From Eledone cirrhosa (lineage: Eukaryota): a stretch of DNA of 64,000 nucleotides. Under the pieces are notes generated by a model. It saw only the letters and a list, made by a program, of their open reading frames with translations, was not told the DNA's origin and ran no database searches. Shown in pieces: positions 15,001-30,000 of the stretch. How positions within the stretch are numbered: position 1 is the first letter of the stretch; every line of letters starts with the position of its first letter. The stretch is taken from positions 11,098,001 through 11,162,000 of the forward strand of contig OZ024740.1 in the NCBI GenBank assembly GCA_964016885.1, written 5' to 3'. Both the position numbers and the translations under genes were made by a program.

Positions 15001-18000
15001 GGCTGTGAGACATGGGTAGTAAATGGTAGATTATATGATGCTTACTTGAGAGGTGCAATGTTGCATGGCTGTGAGACAGGTGGTAAATGGTAGATTATAT
15101 AATGCTTACTTGAGAGGTACAATGTTGCATGGCTGTGAGACATAGGTGGTAAATGGTAGATTATATGATGCTTACTTGAGAGGTACAATGCTGCATGGCT
15201 GTGAGACATGGGTGGTAAATGGTAGATTATATAATGCGTACTTGAGAGGTGCAATGTTGCATGGCTGTGAGAGATGCGTGGTAAATGGTAGATTATATGA
15301 TGCTTACTTGAGAGGTGCAATGTTGCATGGCTGTGAGACATGGGTGGTAAATGGTACATTATATGATGCTTACTTGAGAGGTGTAATGTTGTATGGCTGT
15401 GAGACATGGGTGGTAAATGGTACATTATTAAATGCTTACTTGAGATGTGCAATGTTGCATGGCTGTGAGACATGGGTGGTAAATCGTAGATTATATGATG
15501 CTTACTTGAGAGGTGCAATGTTGCATGGCTGTGAGACATAGGTGGTAAATGGTAGATTATATGATGCTTACTTGAGAGGTGCAATGTTGCATGGCTGTGA
15601 GACATGGGTGGTAAATGGTAGATTATATGATGCTTACTTGAGAGGTGCAATGTTGCATGGCTGTGAGACATGGGTGGTAAATGGTAGATTATATGATGCT
15701 TACTTGAGAGGTGCAATGTTGCATGGCTGTGAGACATAGGTGGTAAATGGTAGATTATAAAATGCTCACTTGAGAGGTGCAATGTTGCATGGCTGTGAGA
15801 CATGGGTGGTAAATGGTAGATTATATGATGCTTACTTGAGAGGTGCAATGTTGCATGGCTGTGAGACATGGGTGGTAAATGGTAGATTATATGATGCTTA
15901 CTTGAGAGGTGCAATGTTGCATGGCTGTGAGACATGGGTGGTAAATGGTAGATTATATGATGCTTACTTGAGAGGTGCAATGTTGCATGGCTGTGAGACA
16001 TGGGTGGTAAATGGTAGATTATATGATGCTTACTTGAGAGGTCCAATGTTGCATGGCTGTGAGACATGGGTGGTAAATGGTAGATTATATGATGCTTACT
16101 TGAGAGGTGCAATGTTGCATTGCTGTCAGACATAGGTGGTAAATGGTAGGTTATATGATGCTTACTTGAGAGGCGCAATGTTGCATGGATGTGAGACAAA
16201 GGTGGTAAATGGTAGATTATATGATGCTTACTTGAGAGGTACAATGTTGCATGGCTGTGACACATTGGTGGTAAATGGTAGATTATATAATGCTTACTTG
16301 AGAGGTGCAATGTGCATGGCTGTGAGACATAGGTGGTAAATTGTAGATTATATGATGCTTACTTGAGAGGTGCAATGTTGCATGGCTGTGAGACGTAGGT
16401 GGTAAATGGTAGATTATATGATGCTTACTTGAGAGGTACAATGTTGCATGGCTGTGAGACATGGGTGGTAAATGGTAGATTATATAATGCTTACTTGAGA
16501 GGTGCAATGTTGCATGGCTGTGAGACATGCATGGTAAATGGTAGATTATATGATGCTTACTTGAGAGGTGCAATGTTGCATGGCTGTGAGACATGGGTGG
16601 TAAATGGTAGATTATATGATGCTTACTTGAGAGGTGCAATGTTGTATGGCTGTGAGACATGGGTGGTAAATGGTACATTATAAAATGCTTACTTGAGATG
16701 TGCAATGTTGCATGGCTGTGAGACATGGGTGGTAAATCGTAGATTATATGATGCTTACTTGAGAGGTGCAATGTTGCATGGCTGTGAGACATAGGTGGTA
16801 AATGGTAGATTATATGATGCTTACTTGAGAGGTGCAATGTTGCATGGATGTGAGACATGGGTCGTAAATGGTAGATTATATGATGCTTACTTGAGAGATG
16901 CAATGTTGCATGGCTGTGAGACATGGGTGGTAAATGGTAGATTACATAATGCTTACTTGAGAGGTGCAATGTTGCATGGCTGTGAGACATGGGTGGTAAA
17001 TGGTAGATTATATGATGCTTACTTGAGAGGTGCAATGTTGCATGGCTGTGAGACATGGGTGGTAAATGGTAGATTATATAATGCTTACTTGAGAGGTGCA
17101 GTGTTGCATTGGTGTGAGACATGGGTGGTAAATGGTAGATTATATGATGCTTACTTGAGAGGTACAATGTTGCATGGCTGTGAGACATGGGTGGTAAATG
17201 GTAGATTATATGATGCTTACTTGAGAGGTGCAATGTGCATGGCTGTGAGACATAGGTGGTAAATGGTAGATTATATGATGCTTACTTGAGAGGTGCAATG
17301 TTGCATGGCTGTGAGACGTAGGTGGTAAATGGTAGATTATATGATGCTTACTTGAGAGGTGCAATGTTGCATGGCTGTGAGACGTAGGTGGTAAATGGTA
17401 GATTATATGATGCTTACTTGAGAGGTGCAATGTTGCATGGCTGTGAGACATGGGTGGTAAATGGTAGATTATATAATGCTTACTTGAGAGGTGCAGTGTT
17501 GCATTGGTGTGAGACATGGGTGGTAAATGGTAGATTATATGATGCTTACTTGAGAGGTACAATGTTGCATGGCTGTGAGACATGGGTGGTAAATGGTAGA
17601 TTATATGATGCTTACTTGAGAGGTGCAATGTGCATGGCTGTGAGACATAGGTGGTAAATGGTAGATTATATGATGCTTACTTGAGAGGTGCAATGTTGCA
17701 TGGCTGTGAGACGTAGGTGGTAAATGGTAGATTATATGATGCTTACTTGAGAGGTGCAATGTTGCATGGCTGTGAGATATGGGTGGTAAATGGTAGATTA
17801 TATGATGCTTACTTGAGAGGTGCAATGTTGCATGGCTGTGAGACAGGTGGTAAATGGTAGATTATATGATGCTTACTTGAGAGGTACAATGTTGCATGGC
17901 TGTGAGACATAGGTGGTAAATGGTAGATTATATGATGCTTACTTGAGAGGTACAATGTTGCATGGCTGTGAGACATGGGTGGTAAATGGTAGATTATATA

Positions 18001-21000
18001 ATGCTTACTTGAGAGGTGCAATGTTGCATGGCTGTGAGACATGCGTGGTAAATGGTAGATTATATGATGCTTACTTGAGAGGTGCAATGTTGCATGGCTG
18101 TGAGACATGGGTGGTAAATGGTAGATTATATGATGCTTACTTGAGAGGTGTAATGTTGTATGGCTGTGAGACATGGGTGGTAAATGGTACATTATAAAAT
18201 GCTTACTTGAGATGTGCAATGTTGCATGGCTGTGAGACATGGGTGGTAAATCGTAGATTATATGATGCTTACTTGAGAGGTGCAATGTTGCATGGCTGTG
18301 AGACATAGGTGGTAAATTTTAGATTATATGATGCTTACTTGAGAGGTGCAATGTTGCATGGATGTGAGACATGGGTGGTAAATGGTAGATTATATGATGC
18401 TTACTTGAGAGATGCAATGTTGCATGGCTGTGAGATATGGGTGGTAAATGGTAGATTACATAATGCTTACTTGAGAGGTGCAATGTTGCATGGCTGTGAG
18501 ACATGGGTGGTAAATGGTAGATTATATGATGCTTACTTGAGAGGTGCAATGTTGCATTGGTGTGAGACATGGGTGGTAAATGGTAGATTATATGATGCTT
18601 ACTTGAGAGGTACAATGTTGCATGGCTGTGAGACATGGGTGGTAAATGGTAGATTATAGGATGCTTACTTGAGAGGTGCAATGTTGCATGGCTGTGAGAC
18701 GTAGGTGGTAAATGGTAGATTATATGATGCTTACTTGAGAGGTGCAATGTTGCATGGCTGTGAGACATGGGTGGTAAATGGTAGATTATATGATGCTTAC
18801 TTGAGAGGTGCAATGTTGCATGGCTGTGAGACAGGTGGTAAATGGTAGATTATATAATGCTTACTTGAGAGGTACAATGTTGCATGGCTGTGAGACATAG
18901 GTGGTAAATGGTAGATTATATGATGCTTACTTGAGAGGTACAATGTTGCATGGCTGTGAGACATGGGTGGTAAATGGTAGATTATATAATGCTTACTTGA
19001 GAGGTGCAATGTTGCATGGCTGTGAGACATGCGTGGTAAATGGTAGATTATATGATGCTTACTTGAGAGGTGCAATGTTGCATGGCTGTGAGACATGGGT
19101 GGTAAATGGTAGATTATATGATGCTTACTTGAGAGGTGTAATGTTGTATGGCTGTGAGACATGGGTGGTAAATGGTACATTATAAAATGCTTACTTGAGA
19201 TGTGCAATGTTGCATGGCTGTGAGACATGGGTGGTAAATCGTAGATTATATGATGCTTACTTGAGAGGTGCAATGTTGCATGGCTGTGAGACATAGGTGG
19301 TAAATTTTAGATTATATGATACTTACTTGAGAGGTGCAATGTTGCATGGATGTGAGACATGGGTGGTAAATGGTAGATTATATGATGCTTACTTGAGAGA
19401 TGCAATGTTGCATGGCTGTGAGACATGGGTGGTAAATGGTAGATTATATGATGCTTACTTGAGAGATGCAATGTTGCATGGCTGTGAGATATGGGTGGTA
19501 AATGGTAGATTACATAATGCTTACTTGAGAGGTGCAATGTTGCATGGCTGTGAGACATGGGTGGTAAATGGTAGATTATATGATCCTTACTTGAGAGGTG
19601 CAATGTTGCATTGGTGTGAGACATGGGTGGTAAATGGTAGATTATATGATGCTTACTTGAGAGGTACAATGTTGCATGGCTGTGAGACATGGGTGGTAAA
19701 TGGTAGATTATATGATGCTTACTTGAGAGGTGCAATGTTGCATGGCTGTGAGACATGGGTGGTAAATGGTAGATTATATGATGCTTACTTGAGAGATGCA
19801 ATGTTGCATGGCTGTGAGATATGGGTGGTAAATGGTAGATTACATAATGCTTACTTGAGAGGTGCAATGTTGCATGGCTGTGAGACATGGGTGGTAAATG
19901 GTAGATTATATGATGCTTACTTGAGAGGTGCAATGTTGCATTGGTGTGAGACATGGGTGGTAAATGGTAGATTATATGATGCTTACTTGAGAGGTACAAT
20001 GTTGCATGGCTGTGAGACATGGGTGGTAAATGGTAGATTATATGATGCTTACTTGAGAGGTACAATGTTGCATGGCTGTGAGACATGGGTGGTAAATGGT
20101 AGATTATATAATGCTTACTTGAGAGGTGCAATGTTGCATGGCTGTGAGACATGCGTGGTAAATGGTAGATTATATGATGCTTACTTGAGAGGTGCAATGT
20201 TGCATGGCTGTGAGACATGGGTGGTAAATGGTAGATTATATGATGCTTACTTGAGAGGTGTAATGTTGTATGGCTGTGAGACATGGGTGGCAAAATGGTA
20301 CATTATAAAATGCTTACTTGAGATGTGCAATGTTGCATGGCTGTGAGACATGGGTGGTAAATCGTAGATTATATGATGCTTACTTGAGAGGTGCAATGTT
20401 GCATGGCTGTGAGACATAGGTGGTAAATTTTAGATTATATGATGCTTACTTGAGAGGTGCAATGTTGTATGGCTGTGAGACATGGGTGGTAAATGGTAGA
20501 TTATATGATGCTTACTTGAGAGGTGCAATGTTGCATGGCTGTGAGACATGGGTGGTAAATGGTAGATTATATAATGCTTACTTGAGAGGTGCAATGTTGC
20601 ATGGCTGTGAGACATGCGTGGTAAATGGTAGATTATATGATGCTTACTTGAGAGGTGCAATGTTGCATGGCTGTGAGACAGGTGGTAAATGGTAGATTAT
20701 ATGATGCTTACTTGAGAGGTGCAATGTTGCATGGCTATGAGACATGGGTGGTAAATGGTAGATTATATGATGCTTACTTGAGAGGTGCAATGTTGCATGG
20801 CTGTGAGACATGGGTGGTAAATGGTAGATTATATGATGCTTACTTGAGAGGTGTAATGTTGTATGGCTGTGAGACATGGGTGGTAAATGGTACATTATAA
20901 AATGCTTACTTGAGATGTGCAATGTTGCATGGCTGTGAGACATGGGTGGTAAATCGTAGATTATATGATGCTTACTTGAGAGGTGCAATGTTGCATGGCT

Positions 21001-24000
21001 GTGAGACATAGGTGGTAAATGGTAGATTATATGATGCTTACTTGAGAGGTGCAATGTTGCATGGATGTGAGACATGGGTGGTAAATGGTAGATTATATGA
21101 TGCTTACTTGAGAGATGCAATGTTGCATGGCTGTGAGACATGGGTGGTAAATGGTAGATTACATAATGCTTACTTGAGAGGTGCAATGTTGCATGGCTGT
21201 GAGACATGGGTGGTAAATGGTAGATTATATGATGCTTACTTGAGAGGTGCAATGTTGCATGGCTGTGAGACATGGGTGGTAAATGGTAGATTATATAATG
21301 CTTACTTGAGAGGTGCAATGTTGCATTGGTGTGAGACATGGGTGGTAAATGGTAGATTATATGATGCTTACTTGAGAGGTACAATGTTGCATGGCTGTGA
21401 GACATGTGTGGTAAATGGTAGATTATATGATGCTTACTTGAGAGGTGCAATGTTGCATGGCTGTGAGACATGGGTAGTAAATGGTAGATTATATGATGCT
21501 TACTTGAGAGGTGCAATGTTGCATGGCTGTGAGACAGGTGGTAAATGGTAGATTATATAATGCTTACTTGAGAGGTACAATGTTGCATGGCTGTGAGACA
21601 TAGGTGGTAAATGGTAGATTATATGATGCTTACTTGAGAGGTACAATGCTGCATGGCTGTGAGACATGGGTGGTAAATGGTAGATTATATAATGCGTACT
21701 TGAGAGGTGCAATGTTGCATGGCTGTGAGAGATGCGTGGTAAATGGTAGATTATATGATGCTTACTTGAGAGGTGCAATGTTGCATGGCTGTGAGACATG
21801 GGTGGTAAATGGTACATTATATGATGCTTACTTGAGAGGTGTAATGTTGTATGGCTGTGAGACATGGGTGGTAAATGGTACATTATTAAATGCTTACTTG
21901 AGATGTGCAATGTTGCATGGCTGTGAGACATGGGTGGTAAATCGTAGATTATATGATGCTTACTTGAGAGGTGCAATGTTGCATGGCTGTGAGACATAGG
22001 TGGTAAATGGTAGATTATATGATGCTTACTTGAGAGGTGCAATGTTGCATGGCTGTGAGACATGGGTGGTAAATGGTAGATTATATGATGCTTACTTGAG
22101 AGGTGCAATGTTGCATGGCTGTGAGACATGGGTGGTAAATGGTAGATTATATGTTCTTACTTGAGAGGTGCAATGTTGCATGGCTGTGAGACATAGGTGG
22201 TAAATGGTAGATTATAAAATGCTCACTTGAGAGGTGCAATGTTGCATGGCTGTGAGACATGGGTGGTAAATGGTAGATTATATGATGCTTACTTGAGAGG
22301 TGCAATGTTGCATGGCTGTGAGACATGGGTGGTAAATGGTAGATTATATGATGCTTACTTGAGAGGTGCAATGTTGCATGGCTGTGAGACATGGGTGGTA
22401 AATGGTAGATTATATGATGCTTACTTGAGAGGTGCAATGTTGCATGGCTGTGAGACATGGGTGGTAAATGGTAGATTATATGATGCTTACTTGAGAGGTC
22501 CAATGTTGCATGGCTGTGAGACATGGGTGGTAAATGGTAGATTATATGATGCTTACTTGAGAGGTGCAATGTTGCATTGCTGTCAGACATAGGTGGTAAA
22601 TGGTAGGTTATATGATGCTTACTTGAGAGGCGCAATGTTGCATGGATGTGAGACAAAGGTGGTAAATGGTAGATTATATGATGCTTACTTGAGAGGTACA
22701 ATGTTGCATGGCTGTGACACATTGGTGGTAAATGGTAGATTATATAATGCTTACTTGAGAGGTGCAATGTGCATGGCTGTGAGACATAGGTGGTAAATTG
22801 TAGATTATATGATGCTTACTTGAGAGGTGCAATGTTGCATGGCTGTGAGACGTAGGTGGTAAATGGTAGATTATATGATGCTTACTTGAGAGGTACAATG
22901 TTGCATGGCTGTGAGACATGGGTGGTAAATGGTAGATTATATAATGCTTACTTGAGAGGTGCAATGTTGCATGGCTGTGAGACATGCATGGTAAATGGTA
23001 GATTATATGATGCTTACTTGAGAGGTGCAATGTTGCATGGCTGTGAGACATGGGTGGTAAATGGTAGATTATATGATGCTTACTTGAGAGGTGCAATGTT
23101 GTATGGCTGTGAGACATGGGTGGTAAATGGTACATTATAAAATGCTTACTTGAGATGTGCAATGTTGCATGGCTGTGAGACATGGGTGGTAAATCGTAGA
23201 TTATATGATGCTTACTTGAGAGGTGCAATGTTGCATGGCTGTGAGACATAGGTGGTAAATGGTAGATTATATGATGCTTACTTGAGAGGTGCAATGTTGC
23301 ATGGATGTGAGACATGGGTCGTAAATGGTAGATTATATGATGCTTACTTGAGAGATGCAATGTTGCATGGCTGTGAGACATGGGTGGTAAATGGTAGATT
23401 ACATAATGCTTACTTGAGAGGTGCAATGTTGCATGGCTGTGAGACATGGGTGGTAAATGGTAGATTATATGATGCTTACTTGAGAGGTGCAATGTTGCAT
23501 GGCTGTGAGACATGGGTGGTAAATGGTAGATTATATAATGCTTACTTGAGAGGTGCAATGTTGCATTGGTGTGAGACATGGGTGGTAAATGGTAGATTAT
23601 ATGATGCTTACTTGAGAGGTACAATGTTGCATGGCTGTGAGACATGGGTGGTAAATGGTAGATTATATGATGCTTACTTGAGAGGTGCAATGTGCATGGC
23701 TGTGAGACATAGGTGGTAAATGGTAGATTATATGATGCTTACTTGAGAGGTGCAATGTTGCATGGCTGTGAGACGTAGGTGGTAAATGGTAGATTATATG
23801 ATGCTTACTTGAGAGGTGCAATGTTGCATGGCTGTGAGATATGGGTGGTAAATGGTAGATTATATGATGCTTACTTGAGAGGTGCAATGTTGCATGGCTG
23901 TGAGACAGGTGGTAAATGGTAGATTATATGATGCTTACTTGAGAGGTACAATGTTGCATGGCTGTGAGACATAGGTGGTAAATGGTAGATTATATGATGC

Positions 24001-27000
24001 TTACTTGAGAGGTACAATGTTGCATGGCTGTGAGACATGGGTGGTAAATGGTAGATTATATAATGCTTACTTGAGAGGTGCAATGTTGCATGGCTGTGAG
24101 ACATGCGTGGTAAATGGTAGATTATATGATGCTTACTTGAGAGGTGCAATGTTGCATGGCTGTGAGACATGGGTGGTAAATGGTAGATTATATGATGCTT
24201 ACTTGAGAGGTGTAATGTTGTATGGCTGTGAGACATGGGTGGTAAATGGTACATTATAAAATGCTTACTTGAGATGTGCAATGTTGCATGGCTGTGAGAC
24301 ATGGGTGGTAAATCGTAGATTATATGATGCTTACTTGAGAGGTGCAATGTTGCATGGCTGTGAGACATAGGTGGTAAATTTTAGATTATATGATGCTTAC
24401 TTGAGAGGTGCAATGTTGCATGGATGTGAGACATGGGTGGTAAATGGTAGATTATATGATGCTTACTTGAGAGATGCAATGTTGCATGGCTGTGAGATAT
24501 GGGTGGTAAATGGTAGATTACATAATGCTTACTTGAGAGGTGCAATGTTGCATGGCTGTGAGACATGGGTGGTAAATGGTAGATTATATGATGCTTACTT
24601 GAGAGGTGCAATGTTGCATTGGTGTGAGACATGGGTGGTAAATGGTAGATTATATGATGCTTACTTGAGAGGTACAATGTTGCATGGCTGTGAGACATGG
24701 GTGGTAAATGGTAGATTATAGGATGCTTACTTGAGAGGTGCAATGTTGCATGGCTGTGAGACGTAGGTGGTAAATGGTAGATTATATGATGCTTACTTGA
24801 GAGGTGCAATGTTGCATGGCTGTGAGACATGGGTGGTAAATGGTAGATTATATGATGCTTACTTGAGAGGTGCAATGTTGCATGGCTGTGAGACAGGTGG
24901 TAAATGGTAGATTATATAATGCTTACTTGAGAGGTACAATGTTGCATGGCTGTGAGACATAGGTGGTAAATGGTAGATTATATGATGCTTACTTGAGAGG
25001 TACAATGTTGCATGGCTGTGAGACATGGGTGGTAAATGGTAGATTATATAATGCTTACTTGAGAGGTGCAATGTTGCATGGCTGTGAGACATGCGTGGTA
25101 AATGGTAGATTATATGATGCTTACTTGAGAGGTGCAATGTTGCATGGCTGTGAGACATGGGTGGTAAATGGTAGATTATATGATGCTTACTTGAGAGGTG
25201 TAATGTTGTATGGCTGTGAGACATGGGTGGTAAATGGTACATTATAAAATGCTTACTTGAGATGTGCAATGTTGCATGGCTGTGAGACATGGGTGGTAAA
25301 TCGTAGATTATATGATGCTTACTTGAGAGGTGCAATGTTGCATGGCTGTGAGACATAGGTGGTAAATTTTAGATTATATGATACTTACTTGAGAGGTGCA
25401 ATGTTGCATGGATGTGAGACATGGGTGGTAAATGGTAGATTATATGATGCTTACTTGAGAGATGCAATGTTGCATGGCTGTGAGACATGGGTGGTAAATG
25501 GTAGATTATATGATGCTTACTTGAGAGATGCAATGTTGCATGGCTGTGAGATATGGGTGGTAAATGGTAGATTACATAATGCTTACTTGAGAGGTGCAAT
25601 GTTGCATGGCTGTGAGACATGGGTGGTAAATGGTAGATTATATGATCCTTACTTGAGAGGTGCAATGTTGCATTGGTGTGAGACATGGGTGGTAAATGGT
25701 AGATTATATGATGCTTACTTGAGAGGTACAATGTTGCATGGCTGTGAGACATGGGTGGTAAATGGTAGATTATATGATGCTTACTTGAGAGGTGCAATGT
25801 TGCATGGCTGTGAGACATGGGTGGTAAATGGTAGATTATATGATGCTTACTTGAGAGATGCAATGTTGCATGGCTGTGAGATATGGGTGGTAAATGGTAG
25901 ATTACATAATGCTTACTTGAGAGGTGCAATGTTGCATGGCTGTGAGACATGGGTGGTAAATGGTAGATTATATGATGCTTACTTGAGAGGTGCAATGTTG
26001 CATTGGTGTGAGACATGGGTGGTAAATGGTAGATTATATGATGCTTACTTGAGAGGTACAATGTTGCATGGCTGTGAGACATGGGTGGTAAATGGTAGAT
26101 TATATGATGCTTACTTGAGAGGTACAATGTTGCATGGCTGTGAGACATGGGTGGTAAATGGTAGATTATATAATGCTTACTTGAGAGGTGCAATGTTGCA
26201 TGGCTGTGAGACATGCGTGGTAAATGGTAGATTATATGATGCTTACTTGAGAGGTGCAATGTTGCATGGCTGTGAGACATGGGTGGTAAATGGTAGATTA
26301 TATGATGCTTACTTGAGAGGTGTAATGTTGTATGGCTGTGAGACATGGGTGGCAAAATGGTACATTATAAAATGCTTACTTGAGATGTGCAATGTTGCAT
26401 GGCTGTGAGACATGGGTGGTAAATCGTAGATTATATGATGCTTACTTGAGAGGTGCAATGTTGCATGGCTGTGAGACATAGGTGGTAAATTTTAGATTAT
26501 ATGATGCTTACTTGAGAGGTGCAATGTTGCATGGATGTGAGACATGGGTGGTAAATGGTAGATTATATGATGCTTAATTGAGAGATGCAATGTTGCATGG
26601 CTGTGAGATATGGGTGGTAAATGGTAGATTACATAATGCTTACTTGAGAGGTGCAATGTTGCATGGCTGTGAGACATGGGTGGTAAATGGTAGATTATAT
26701 GATGCTTACTTGAGAGGTGCAATGTTGCATTGGTGTGAGACATGGGTGGTAAATGGTAGATTATATGATGCTTACTTGAGAGGTACAATGTTGCATGGCT
26801 GTGAGACATGGGTGGTAAATGGTAGATTATAGGATGCTTACTTGAGAGGTGCAATGTTGCATGGCTTGAGACGTAGGTGGTAAATGGTAGATTATATGAT
26901 GCTTACTTGAGAGGTGCAATGTTGCATGGCTGTGAGACATGGGTGGTAAATGGTAGATTATATGATGCTTACTTGAGAGGTGCAATGTTGCATGGCTGTG

Positions 27001-30000
27001 AGACAGGTGGTAAATGGTAGATTATATAATGCTTACTTGAGAGGTACAATGTTGCATGGCTGTGAGACATAGGTGGTAAATGGTAGATTATATGATGCTT
27101 ACTTGAGAGGTACAATGTTGCATGGCTGTGAGACATGGGTGGTAAATGGTAGATTATATAATGCTTACTTGAGAGGTGCAATGTTGCATGGCTGTGAGAC
27201 ATGCGTGGTAAATGGTAGATTATATGATGCTTACTTGAGAGGTGCAATGTTGCATGGCTGTGAGACATGGGTGGTAAATGGTACGTTATATGATGCTTAC
27301 TTGAGAGGTGTAATGTTGTATGGCTGTGAGACATGGGTGGTAAATGGTACATTATAAAATGCTTACTTGAGATGTGCAATGTTGCATGGCTGTGAGACAT
27401 GGGTGGTAAATCGTAGATTATATGATGCTTACTTGAGAGGTGCAATGTTGCATGGCTGTGAGACATAGGTGGTAAATGGTAGATTATATGATGCTTACTT
27501 GAGAGGTGCAATGTTGCATGGATGTGAGACATGGTGGTAAATGGTAGATTATATGATGCTTACTTGAGAGATGCAATGTTGCATGGCTGTGAGACATGGG
27601 TGGTAAATGGTAGATTATATGATGCTTACTTGAGAGGTGCAATGTTGCATGGCTGTGAGACATGGGTGGTAAATGGTAGATTATATGATGCTTACTTGAG
27701 AGGTGCAATGTTGCATGGCTGTGAGACATGGGTGGTAAATGGTAGATTATATGATGCTTACTTGAGAGGTGCAATGTTGCATGGCTGTGAGACATGGGTG
27801 GTAAATGGTAGATTATATGATGCTTACTTGAGAGGTGCAATGTTGCATGGCTGTGAGACATGGGTGGTAAATGGTAGATTATATGATGCTTACTTGAGAG
27901 GTACAATGTTGCATGGCTGTGAGACATGGGTGGTAAATGGTAGATTATATGATGCTTACTTGAGAGGTGTAATGTTGCATGGCTGTGAGACATGGCTGGT
28001 AAATGGTAGATTATATGATGCTTACTTGAGAGGTGCAATGTTGCATGGCTGTGAAACATAGGTGGTAAATGGTAGGTTATATGATGCTTACTTGAGAGGC
28101 GCAATGTTGCATGGCTGTGAGACATAGGTGGTAAATGGTAGATTATATGATGCTTACTTGAGAGGTACAATGTTGCATGGCTGTGACACATTGGTGGTAA
28201 ATGGTACATTATATAATGCTTACTTGAGAGGTGCGATGTTGCATGGCTGTGTGACATGGGTGGTAAATGGTAGATTATATGATGCTTACTTGAGAGGTGC
28301 AATGTTGCATGGCTGTGAGACATAGGTGGTAAATGGTAGATTATATGATGCTTACTTGAGAGGTACAATGTTGCATGGCTGTGAGACATGGGTGGTAAAT
28401 GGTAGATTATATGATGCTTACTTGAGAGGTGCAATGTGCATGGCTGTGAGACATAGGTGGTAAATTGTAGATTATATGATGCTTACTTGAGAGGTGCAAT
28501 GTTGCATGGCTGTGAGACGTAGGTGGTAAATGGTAGATTATATGATGCTTACTTGAGAGGTGCAATGTTGCATGGCTGTGAGACATGGGTGGTAAATGGT
28601 AGATTATATGATGCTTACTTGAGAGGTGCAATGTTGCATGGATGTGAGACAGGTGGTAAATGGTAGATTATATAGTGCTTACTTGAGAGGTACAATGTTG
28701 AATGGCTGTGAGACATAGGTGGTAAATGGTAGATTATATGATGCTTACTTGAGAGGTACAATATTGCATGGCTGTGAGACATGGGTGGTAAATGGTAGAT
28801 TATATAATGCTTACTTGAGAGGTGCAATGTTGCATGGCTGTGAGACATGCGTGGTAAATGGTAGATTATATGATGCTTACTTGAGAGGTGCAATGTTGCA
28901 TGGCTGTGAGACATGGGTGGTAAATGGTAGATTATATGATGCTTACTTGAGAGGTGCAATGTTGTATGGCTGTGAGACATGGGTGGTAAATGGTACATTA
29001 TAAAATGCTTACTTGAGATGTGCAATGTTGCATGGCTGTGAGACATGGGTGGTAAATCGTAGATTATATGATGCTTACTTGAGAGGTGCAATGTTGCATG
29101 GCTGTGAGACATAGGTGGTAAATGGTAGATTATATGATGCTTACTTGAGAGGTGCAATGTTGCATGGATGTGAGACATGGGTGGTAAATGGTAGATTATA
29201 TGATGCTTACTTGAGAGATGCAATGTTGCATGGCTGTGAGACATGGGTGGTAAATGGTAGATTATATGATGCTTACTTGAGAGGTGCAATGTTGCATGGC
29301 TGTGAGACATGGGTGGTAAATGGTAGATTATATGATGCTTACTTGAGAGGTGCAATGTTGCATGGCTGTGAGACAGGTGGTAAATGGTAGATTATATAAT
29401 GCTTACTTGAGAGGTACAATGTTGCATGGCTGTGAGACATAGGTGGTAAATGGTAGATTATATGATGCTTACTTGAGTGGTACAATGTTGCATGGCTGTG
29501 AGACATGGGTGGTAAATGGTAGATTATATGATGCTTACTTGAGAGATGCAATGTTGCATGGCTGTGAGACATGGGTGGTAAATGGTAGATTATATGATGC
29601 TTACTTGAGAGGTGCAATTTTGCATGGCTGTGAGACATGGGTGGTAAATGGTAGATTATATGATGCTTACTTGAGAGGTGCAATGTTGCATGGCTGTGAG
29701 ACATGGGTGGTAAATGGTAGATTATATGATGCTTACTTGAGAGGTGCAATGTTGCATGGCTGTGAGACATAGGTGGTAAATGGTAGATTATAAAATGCTT
29801 ACTTGAGAGGTGCAATGTTGCATGGCTGTGAGACATGGGTGGTAAATGGTAGATTATATGATACTTACTTGAGAGGTGCAATGTTGCATGGCTGTGAGAC
29901 ATGGGTGGTAAATGGTAGATTATATGATGCTTACTTGAGAGGTGCAATGTTGCATGGCTGTGAGACATGGGTGGTAAATGGTAGATTATATGATGCTTAC

